Positions 44,149 to 53,125 of a DNA stretch of 64,000 nucleotides are shown in pieces. Origin of the DNA: a bacterium (lineage in GTDB: Bacteria; Hinthialibacterota; Hinthialibacteria; Hinthialibacterales; Hinthialibacteraceae). A program made the position numbers and the translations under genes. Position 1 is the first letter of the stretch; each line of letters opens with the position of its first letter. The notes under the pieces were generated by a model. The model saw nothing but the letters and a program-made list of their open reading frames with translations, made no database searches and was not told the DNA's origin. The stretch covers positions 22,678 through 86,677 of the forward strand of contig CAXXSM010000106.1 of NCBI GenBank assembly GCA_963663405.2. Reading direction: 5' to 3'.

Positions 44149-45519
44149 ATGGTACAAAGCAGGAGATTGGTGTGTATGGCGATCCTCGCAGGAATCACAT
44201 GTCTTAGCGCCGCAATCGGTTGGGCGCAGACAGCGGAGGAGGAATCGAAGGTATGGAACGATTTCATGAAGGGAATCGAAATCGGCCCGGGGAAATTGGA
44301 CATCGGAGGCAGTCTCCGGATGCGGTTCGAAAATCTGGATGGATTTACGATCAAACGGTATGGGGATTACAAAGACATCGATTCGGATCATTTCCTATTG
44401 GAGCGGCTCCGGCTCGATTTCGATTACAAAGTGGATGAAGATTTTAACATCTTCGTTCAATTCCAAGACGCGCATTTCTGGGATTCCAATCTTGATATTG
44501 ATGATGATTTTGGCCCCGTTTGCGCGTATGAGAATCCCTTCGATTTGAAAAAAGCGTATGTGGATTGGAAACACATCGGTGATTCGCCCTTCGGTTTCCG
44601 ATTTGGCCGCCAAGCCATCTTCTACCGTGATAAACGCGCCTGGGGGCCTGGTGATTGGGGAAATACTGGCCGGTATACGTGGGACGCTTTGAAACTCTAC
44701 ATCGATACCGAATGGGCGCTGACGGATCTCATCGCCGCCAAGCGGGTTATCAGCGACAAACACAGTTTCGACAATGATTATTGGTATAACGCGTATGGCG
44801 TGTATTCGCAAATCAAGCAATTGCCTTTCGATTTAGATTTGCTTTACATCTTCAAAGATGACAAGCGGGATAAATACAGATCTGAGAACGGCGCTGTAGG
44901 GGATTTGGAAACTCATTCCTTAGGGATGTATCTGAATGGCAAATTTCTCGAACGCTTTGATTGGGGTGGTTTTTTCGCCTATCAATTCGGTGATTACAAT
45001 GATGACGATATCCAAGCGTTTGGAGCGAACGCCAAGTTAGGGTATACCTTCGATGCGCCTTGGCAGCCGCGTTTCGGTGTGGAATTTTCCTACGGTTCAG
45101 GCGATGATGATCCAACCGATGGAAATCATGAAACGTTTGACGGCTTGTTCGGCGCCGTGGATACGTTTTATGGCCGGATGAATATGTTTGGCTGGATGAA
45201 CCTGGAAGACTATCAAGCGGCGATCAGCGCAAAGCCCTATAAGGGGGTCAATGTATCCTTGGACTATCATTATTTCCGGCTGGCGGAAGATGTGGATGGC
45301 TGGTATTACTGCCACGGTGGAGCGATCGAGCGAGATGCGACTGGCCAATCTGGTTCAGGTTTAGGGCATGAATTGGATTTCTTGGCCAAATGGAGAGTCA
45401 ATCCTTCTCTCGAACTCTTCACGGGATACTCGCATTTCTTCCCAGATACATTCACCGAACGGACAGGAAATCTGGACGACGCCGATTGGGTATTTCTCCA
45501 AGCGACGTTTTTCTTCTAA
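44149..45519 (+). CDS. alginate export (AlgE-like) family outer-membrane beta-barrel
   Basis: GGSLRMRFE, FVQFQDA, FGRQ, SGDDDPTDG..TFDGLF, LGHELD, C-terminal Phe. Confidence 0.8.
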   Translation: MVQSRRLVCMAILAGITCLSAAIGWAQTAEEESKVWNDFMKGIEIGPGKLDIGGSLRMRFENLDGFTIKRYGDYKDIDSDHFLLERLRLDFDYKVDEDFNIFVQFQDAHFWDSNLDIDDDFGPVCAYENPFDLKKAYVDWKHIGDSPFGFRFGRQAIFYRDKRAWGPGDWGNTGRYTWDALKLYIDTEWALTDLIAAKRVISDKHSFDNDYWYNAYGVYSQIKQLPFDLDLLYIFKDDKRDKYRSENGAVGDLETHSLGMYLNGKFLERFDWGGFFAYQFGDYNDDDIQAFGANAKLGYTFDAPWQPRFGVEFSYGSGDDDPTDGNHETFDGLFGAVDTFYGRMNMFGWMNLEDYQAAISAKPYKGVNVSLDYHYFRLAEDVDGWYYCHGGAIERDATGQSGSGLGHELDFLAKWRVNPSLELFTGYSHFFPDTFTERTGNLDDADWVFLQATFFF

Positions 45520-45704
45520 AACAGAACTCAATTCTTTCATAGACCATCAACAGATTCATCTCACCAATCGCTATCTCCAGTTCCTCATACTATACAAATC
45601 GAGCGCTCACCTTTTGATTCATAATCTCAAAAAAAATGTAGTTGAAATTGAATTTTATGATATTCTGTTATTGAAAGTATGTCAAATCAAACTGGGGGTG
45701 GAAT

Positions 45705-48039
45705 ATGAAATCGTTTAAACCAATTCATTCTTATCGTGTTATCGTTCTTTATCCACACGGTCAGTGAAGCGCAGGTGGATGAATCCGATGAAGACCGGAC
45801 GTTGGCGCCTTATTTTATCGTCTTAACCGACGATCCAACAATCGACCAATTGCCTTTAAAGAGCACGAAGGGGGATGTCCACATCTCAGGAGTTATCGCC
45901 AATGTTCAAGTTACGCAAGTATATAAAAACAATGGACTTAGGCCGATCGAAGCGATTTATGTTTTCCCTCTATCCACTAACGCCGCAGTCTACGCTATGC
46001 GAATGTTTATCGGCGATGTGATGATCGAGGCGGAAATCAAAGAAAAAGAGGAAGCGAGACAGGAATACGAAGAGGCGAAAGAGGAGGGGAAAAGCGCCAG
46101 TCTGCTCGAACAGAACCGGCCGAATGTATTTCAAATGAATGTCGCCAATATCATGCCCGGCGATGAGATCACAGTTGAACTGAATTACGTCGAAACACTC
46201 GTCCCTGAAAATGGAGTCTATGAGTTTAATTATCCTGCTGTTGTCGGGCCTCGATATTCAGAGAAAAAAGTCAGCGAGACCGATGGCACGGAATCTTGGA
46301 TCGAAACGCCCTATCAGCATGAAGGCGAAGAAGCGCTGTATGAATTTGACGTAAATACGCATATCAACTCCGGCGTGCCCCTGCAATCGATCGAATCGCC
46401 TTCGCATAATATCAATATCGTCCATGAAAACGAAACCTCAGCGGATATCACTCTCACCACAACCGAAGGCGCCGGACTGAAAGACTACCGGTTGCGCTTC
46501 AGTTTACGGGGGAATGAGATTCAAACCGGTGTTCTGCTATATGAAGGGGAGGAAGAGAATTTCTTCCTGGCAATCGTAGAACCACCAGAAACGATCACTG
46601 AAGCCCAGATTCCCCCACGGGAATATCTCTTTGTGCTTGATATATCAGGTTCAATGTACGGTTTTCCTCTCGACACCGCCAAAACGTTCCTGCTTCAATT
46701 GCTTCAAGAACTCCGTCCAACCGATGTCTTTAATGTGATGTCGTTTGCTGGAAGCAGCTGGGTGATGTTTGAAAATTCCATGCCCGCCGTATCGGAGAAT
46801 ATAGAATACGCGCTGGAACAAATTTATAGATTACAAGGAGGAGGCAGCACACAGATCTTGCAGGCGTTGCAGCGGATATTCGATCTCCCCCTCTATTCCA
46901 AGAATTTGGCGCGCTCGACGGTTGTGATTACAGATGGATACGTCGTTGTCGAATATGAAGTGTTTGATGAAATCAGAGAACATTTGGATGAGACAAATGT
47001 CTTTGCGGCCGGGATCGGCAGCAGTCCTAATCGGTACATCATCGAAGGCATGGCCCATGTTGGATTGGGGGAACCGTTTTTTATCTCCAAGCCGGAAGAG
47101 GTGGATGAAACAATTGAGCGGTACAAGAATTATATCAAAGAACCGTTGTTAACTCATATCAACGTAGAATTTGACGGTTTCAACGCTTACGACGTTGAAC
47201 CAGTGGCGATTCCGGATGTATTCGCCCAACGGCCGGTTGTAATCTATGGAAAATATGAGGGGGAACCGAATGGTTCAATCATCCTAACCGGACATACCGC
47301 CGATGGAGAATATCGTAACGAGATTTCCATCACACCGGATCTTGTGGATGAAACGAATTCCGCCTTGCGCTATTTATGGGCGCGGAAGCGGATTCAACTC
47401 TTAGGAGATTATGTCAATTTAACTGAGTATGCTCTTACCTATTACTTACAAGCCGCTGAATTAAAAGAATCCCTCACTCAACTCGGATTGAAATACAATC
47501 TGTTAACGGAATATACCTCATTTATTGCAGTCTACCATGAAGTGCGGTATGAAGATGGAGAACCGGTTGTGGTCGAGCAACCCCTTCCACTGCCGGAAGG
47601 AGTCGAAGACAGCGCGCTTCCATCTCCCGCTCCCAGTCCCACACCCGCTCCCGGACATCAAAGTGTTCCCGTCAATGACTGGTTCTTACACGATGACGAT
47701 GGGGATGGGATGATTGATGAAGCAGCGAATCCCGCCACGATCCAAGGTAACGTGTTAGAGATCATCGATTTAACGCATTTCAGAATTGTAATCGATGGAA
47801 TTGAACAAATCGTCCAGCTGAAGGGAATTGAAATCGCTGATGTAAATTCTCTTGCCATTCAATCCGCATTAAACTATCTAAAACGTCTGCTTGTTGGCCA
47901 GACAATTCTTTTACGTAATGCAGAAAAAACAGCAAAACAATTTGATGGCCAGCCACTAATCCGCGCGGATATATTGATTGATGGCATCAATATCGTGTCA
48001 CACTTACAACCGTACAAAGTATTCGTAAAGACTCCGTGA
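45705..48039 (+). CDS. secreted VIT + von Willebrand factor A domain protein with C-terminal SNase-like OB fold (frameshift in signal peptide)
   Basis: IEAIYVFPL (VIT), FVLDISGSM MIDAS, ITDG, TSFIAV, QPLPLPEGV; tail GNVLEIIDLTHFRI...VQLKGIE. Confidence 0.88.
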
Positions 48040-48069
48040 CAAGAAATTAATCCAGTACAATGTAATAAT

Positions 48070-48106
48070 AGACCGGTCTCGGAGAGAAATCACCGAGACC
48101 GGTTTT
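48070..48106 (+). terminator. hairpin / probable intrinsic terminator
   Basis: accggtctcgg ... ccgagaccggt followed by ttt. Confidence 0.65.
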
Positions 48107-48155
48107 CTGCTTACTATTATGGAGTTCTCACAGGATCATAGAGAGGAACATTGAT

Positions 48156-50291
48156 ATGAATCCACAAATAAAACTTACAATCATTATATTTATATTCTGC
48201 TTTATTTCAGAAATATGTGTATATGCAGTGGAATTGAATTATGAGCCGGTTGTCAGCGGATATCCTTCAGCCAATAATCTCCAGTTTGGAGATGTCGATT
48301 TAGATGGCGTTATGGACGCGTGGTATACGTGGTATTCATATGCTCTTCGAGGTGGATCACAAACAGGATTTGATCTCTTTAAAGGGAGCGGTGATGGACA
48401 TTTTGAAGCATGGGATAATTGGTATTGGAGCGCTCCACCCAAAAAATGTCCTGTTTTAGGTGATTGGTTGACAGGAGGTAGTAATGAGTTTCTGTTTTTT
48501 GGTTATAACGTGAGTCCAAGGATCATACTCCTGAATAGAGGTGAATTTGGAGAAAAAAAGGGCACTCTACATCTTTCAGATACAAGTGATCCAATTCCTT
48601 ATGATCCTTACTCGTATCGATTACTTGGAAAAGGGGATTTTGATGGGGATGGATTTGATGATGCTCTATTCACCTACTACAGTAGTGAGGAAGCGTGTTT
48701 GTATGGTGATGGCGCTGCGAATTTTGAATTGATGGTCTATAAGAATTCTTTTGACTATGATTCTAACAATGGCGCGGTTATGGCTATACTTGATATTAAC
48801 AAAGATAACTATGATGATTGGATCGCACGTAAAAGCAGCGCGATAATTTCTTTTTATGGAAATGCGAATCGAGAAACTGTTTTTTCTGCATCTAAGACAA
48901 TTGATCTGGATTTTCTAGCGTCAAAAATAATACCGGTAGAATTATATCCAAATAATCCAGTGGATTTATACATACCTTCCGCAACCCAATATCAATACTT
49001 GAGAAATGATGGAGAAGGAAATCTTAGGAAAACCGACATTTCTTTTCCTCCTTCATGGAATCCCCCAAATGCGCATTTCGCGGATTTGGATATGGATTCT
49101 AAGGTAGAATGTCTAACATGGCGTGATGGGATTTTGTATATCTACCAGCAGAATGAAATGCAGTCATTCTCATTATTAAAAGAGATCGCGCTTCCTTACG
49201 TCAAAAGAATTGATACTGTCTACGTGACAGATATGAACCAAGATGGAATCAACGATATTCTATTATTCTCTTCCATCCATGCGGCCATTACTCTACTCAA
49301 TCAACCAAATAAACCGTCTCCTACGCCAACAATAATAAGCAATTCTCCAACCCCAACCCCTCCAATTCAATTCTCCACTCCAACACCGAGCCCCTATCCG
49401 ATCGACTCAAATGCAATCGTTTTATCACCGGATGATAACGCAGTTGAAATTATCAATAATGCGCCAAGTGGATCGAAAATAATTTTTGAGCCAGGATCGT
49501 ATAGTTTTGAACCAAGTTCCCAATCGGGAATTGCATGGGATTATTGTATTGAAAATAAGGAAATAACTCTGATCGGCAGGGAACCGTCGCGCAGTACGAA
49601 AATCAGTGGGATATTTACAATAAAAAATGCATCATTCACAATGCAGAATATTGTGTTTCTACCCTTTATAGAATGTTATACAGGAATCAACGCAGAGAAT
49701 TCGAATCTTCTATTTATCAACAATTATATTGAAGCTGCATATAGATACATTAAGGTATCTGCTGGACAACAATTTCCCGGTGGCCCAGCAATCCATTATT
49801 CAAATGCGGATGGAAAAACGATAACTCTAATACAGAACACAATCGAATATGGAAGCACAGGAAACAGTATACTTCTATCCAATTGCAATGATTGCCTAAT
49901 TGATATGCAGGATAATTCCAGTCTTGGAAAAAATAATGGAAAATCGGCGATCGATATAGAAAATTGCACAAATATCCAGTTATTTCTCTCTCCCACAGAC
50001 ACATACGATCGCTTTTCCCTCACCCATCTCAAAGCGAAATATTCTATACTTGATATCTACAACGGTGTCATTCACGGGATACATGGCCAAGACGAGGTGC
50101 TAGGGTTTGATGGCGCCGAAGCGATCTACGCTATCAATAATTCTCACGTGACACTCCACAACACACAACTCTATGGAGGACTGGGGGGAAACGGTATACA
50201 ACCCGGAAAAGACGCGCCACCTTACGTCACAGATGAATCCTCCATTGTATACTGGACAACAGCGGTTCAGTCTTGGTTGTTGATGCAGTAA
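48156..50291 (+). CDS. secreted FG-GAP/VCBS repeat protein with Pro/Thr linker and beta-helix domain
   Basis: GDVDLDGVMD, GDFDGDGFDD, DINKDNYDD, DMNQDGIND repeats; IFEPGSY; tail TAVQSWLLMQ. Confidence 0.8.
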   Translation: MNPQIKLTIIIFIFCFISEICVYAVELNYEPVVSGYPSANNLQFGDVDLDGVMDAWYTWYSYALRGGSQTGFDLFKGSGDGHFEAWDNWYWSAPPKKCPVLGDWLTGGSNEFLFFGYNVSPRIILLNRGEFGEKKGTLHLSDTSDPIPYDPYSYRLLGKGDFDGDGFDDALFTYYSSEEACLYGDGAANFELMVYKNSFDYDSNNGAVMAILDINKDNYDDWIARKSSAIISFYGNANRETVFSASKTIDLDFLASKIIPVELYPNNPVDLYIPSATQYQYLRNDGEGNLRKTDISFPPSWNPPNAHFADLDMDSKVECLTWRDGILYIYQQNEMQSFSLLKEIALPYVKRIDTVYVTDMNQDGINDILLFSSIHAAITLLNQPNKPSPTPTIISNSPTPTPPIQFSTPTPSPYPIDSNAIVLSPDDNAVEIINNAPSGSKIIFEPGSYSFEPSSQSGIAWDYCIENKEITLIGREPSRSTKISGIFTIKNASFTMQNIVFLPFIECYTGINAENSNLLFINNYIEAAYRYIKVSAGQQFPGGPAIHYSNADGKTITLIQNTIEYGSTGNSILLSNCNDCLIDMQDNSSLGKNNGKSAIDIENCTNIQLFLSPTDTYDRFSLTHLKAKYSILDIYNGVIHGIHGQDEVLGFDGAEAIYAINNSHVTLHNTQLYGGLGGNGIQPGKDAPPYVTDESSIVYWTTAVQSWLLMQ

Positions 50292-50308
50292 AAAATCCGC
50301 AATACCGA

Positions 50309-51325
50309 TCATAATCCACGCGCTTGCTTCTGTGTTTTATCCGCGCGAGCTATATGTTCGCGATGTAGAGGGATATTGAATTCTTTCAGCGCATCCATGA
50401 TTGAAACATCCGCCGAACGGCTTTCGATGATTGTCCAACCTTCATCATGCTTTCGGGTGACTCGCACCGTTTGCCCATATTTATCCCGCAGCGCGTCAAT
50501 CTCCTTTGTATACGGCCATGTGTGAATCATTGCTTTATCCAGATTCACCGGCGCGCAAACCCAATGTTCATACCGGCCCGTTGCGGCGATTTCATCTCCT
50601 GTGATATCGATAATGCGGGAAGGGTCACTCCACGTGCTGGTGACGATATGCGCCTGCGCAGACCAAGCCCATCCGTTCAGAATCCGCCCGCCGGGAAAAG
50701 CGCTGGGCCAGAAGATAATCTCTGCTCCCTGTTGTTTCAATGAGTACCATCCATCGGCCCAATTAGCGTCAAAACAGATCTGAAAACCGATAACGCCGAA
50801 ATCCGTTTTATACACGGGCTGTTCAATCGCGCCGGGACAGGTCCCTCCTTCGACTTCACTATGGGTAGGGTGAATTTTGTTGTACACATGCGCCACATCC
50901 CCTTTTCGATCGATCAACACGGCGGAATTGAAAATCTTGCCTTGTTGCTTTGTATGGAGGGGACAGATCACATAACACTTGTTGTCTTTGGCGAACGCGG
51001 CGAAACGCTTGATTATTGGTCCAGGAATCTCTTCCGCGATTTCTTTGACAGGAAGACTGTGGGAGACGCCAGGAAAAACAAACGATTCCGGGATGCAAAT
51101 GATATCCGGCTGACAGGGAAGAGTTTCTTCCATTCGGCCGATAATACGGTCGATTAACTTGTCAATGGTTGAATCTTTCAATTGCTCCATGGTTAATGTG
51201 GCGATCCACACTTCACGAGGCAAACGGTCTGCGCTCCTCAATTCCATATTCTGACCTACGTTCGTGGAAGCGATTAATCCCGCGCCGGCGCCACCCGCCG
51301 TTTTCAAAAATGCTCTTCGTTCCAT
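50309..51325 (-). CDS. carbon-nitrogen hydrolase (nitrilase superfamily) with Tat signal
   Basis: MERRAFLK twin-arginine motif; Glu-Lys-Cys triad in IPE, YNKIH, ICFD. Confidence 0.88.
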   Translation of the reverse strand: MERRAFLKTAGGAGAGLIASTNVGQNMELRSADRLPREVWIATLTMEQLKDSTIDKLIDRIIGRMEETLPCQPDIICIPESFVFPGVSHSLPVKEIAEEIPGPIIKRFAAFAKDNKCYVICPLHTKQQGKIFNSAVLIDRKGDVAHVYNKIHPTHSEVEGGTCPGAIEQPVYKTDFGVIGFQICFDANWADGWYSLKQQGAEIIFWPSAFPGGRILNGWAWSAQAHIVTSTWSDPSRIIDITGDEIAATGRYEHWVCAPVNLDKAMIHTWPYTKEIDALRDKYGQTVRVTRKHDEGWTIIESRSADVSIMDALKEFNIPLHREHIARADKTQKQARGL

Positions 51326-51644
51326 GATTTAATCCTCGTTTCATGAGAGTGTGATTATTATCTGAATTCTCTGTTGACACGTATGGCTGAAACTACATTC
51401 AAAGCCTAAAACATATTCGACTCATACGAAAGGCGTTCCTTACGTATAATGAATGGATATATACAGTTATTCCTTTCATTTCTTTGTAAAGATGTCATTT
51501 GATTTAAATAAGGATGGTGTGTCAAAGAGATAAAATGATAGATATAGTTACAAATCATTAAAAAAAAGTTGATTCTATATTTTTAGTTTTTTTAGTAACA
51601 GAGTGTTATTTGAAACTTTTGTTGCTGAAATGATAACTTTCCTG

Positions 51645-51674
51645 TTGACATACCTTCTTGCAGGTATGTATAAT
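51645..51674 (+). promoter_or_regulatory. sigma70 promoter overlapped by a TetR-type palindromic operator
   Basis: TTGACA-18 nt-TATAAT with inverted repeat acatacct-N6-aggtatgt. Confidence 0.75.
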
Positions 51675-51787
51675 TCCTAAATTGAAGCAACTGATCTTCA
51701 GTTGTTTTCTTTATTGCGCCTTGATGAGATTTCGTTTCATAAGACATTGTATAAAGACTTCCAAGCCGTTCATGCAGGAGTTTTTCA

Positions 51788-53122
51788 ATGAATCAGAGTG
51801 AAAATCAGAATTCGGTTCTAAACGAGAATAAACAACGCAAGTGGTCTGTTTGGCAATCACTTTTACAGGCGGTTGTTTTGTTATTTTTTATCGCCGCAGG
51901 ATGGTTCCTTCGGGGGGCGATGCCTGGAGGAAATGCAGCGGGAGGCCCTCCAGCTGGAAGACCGGCCACGCTCCCAACTGTTAATGTGGAAACCGTCCAG
52001 GAAGGATTGGTCGAAGCGCCTAAAGAGTATATCGGTCATGTCGAAGCGATTCAGGAAGTGGATCTATTCGCTCAAGTCACTGGCACGATTGAGACGGTAC
52101 ACTTCGCGGAAGGGAGTTACGTAAACGAAGGGGATTTGTTATTCACCATTCAACAGGATGAATACAAAGCGCGTGTCGCGCTTGCGGAGGCGTCCTATCA
52201 ACAAGCGCAGGCCAATCTGAATGGAGCGACGGCGGATCTAGAAGCGGAAAGGGCGAATTTAGACGCGGCTGCAGCCAACCAAGAGCGGGCGGAGAAGTAT
52301 CTAAAACGGCTCCAAAGCGCGGATGAACGCAGTGTTGTTCAAGCCAATCTTGACACGGCTGTGAGCGATGAAAAACAGGCGAAATCCATGGTTCGTCAAG
52401 CGAGAGCGAGGATCGATCAAGCAAAAACGGCCGTTCAGCAGATGGAGGCGTTAGTGCACAAAGCGAAGGCCGATCTTGACTTGGCTCTCATTGATTTGGG
52501 ATATACAGAAATCCGTTCTCCCTTGACCGGCCGGATTGGAGAAGCGGTCGTCACGAAAGGGAACTATGTGGGACCCTCGACGGGCGCTTTAGCTCGCATT
52601 GTCCAAATGGATCCGATTCGTGTTGTTTGGTCTTTGACTGATCGTGAATATTTATCACTTCTCGAAAAAACAGAAACCGGACAAGAGCCTTCAGTGAAAA
52701 TCCGTTTGCGCCTGCCGAATGGACATATGTTCGATGGCGCCGGAAGCCGGGATTTCGAGGACAATGTGATGGATCCTCAAACGGGAACGATCGCCGTCTA
52801 TACACGGTATGACAATGATAATGGACTGCTGATTCCGCATAGTTTCGTCACCGTAATCATGGAGCCGGTAGATGGTAAAAAAGCGCCTCTGATCCCCCAG
52901 GAAGCCATTCTCTTTGATTCGGAAGGTCATTTTGTATACGTCGTGGATGAAAACAGCATAGTGGAGCAACGGCGTGTCGAACCGGGAGAAATTATCAAGG
53001 ACGACCAGATCATTCTTTCTGGTCTCAAAGCAGGAGAGAGAATTGTAGTCCAGGGGATTCAGAAAGCGCAAAACGGTCAAAAAGTTATGATTTCCTCTAA
53101 TGCCAGCGAAGGAGGCGAATAA
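51788..53122 (+). CDS. RND efflux periplasmic adaptor (MFP)
   Basis: AQVTGTIETVHFAEGSYVNEGDLLF, coiled coil, EIRSPLTGRIG, DPQTGT, SGLKAGERIVVQG. Confidence 0.93.
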   Translation: MNQSENQNSVLNENKQRKWSVWQSLLQAVVLLFFIAAGWFLRGAMPGGNAAGGPPAGRPATLPTVNVETVQEGLVEAPKEYIGHVEAIQEVDLFAQVTGTIETVHFAEGSYVNEGDLLFTIQQDEYKARVALAEASYQQAQANLNGATADLEAERANLDAAAANQERAEKYLKRLQSADERSVVQANLDTAVSDEKQAKSMVRQARARIDQAKTAVQQMEALVHKAKADLDLALIDLGYTEIRSPLTGRIGEAVVTKGNYVGPSTGALARIVQMDPIRVVWSLTDREYLSLLEKTETGQEPSVKIRLRLPNGHMFDGAGSRDFEDNVMDPQTGTIAVYTRYDNDNGLLIPHSFVTVIMEPVDGKKAPLIPQEAILFDSEGHFVYVVDENSIVEQRRVEPGEIIKDDQIILSGLKAGERIVVQGIQKAQNGQKVMISSNASEGGE

Positions 53123-53125
53123 CGT

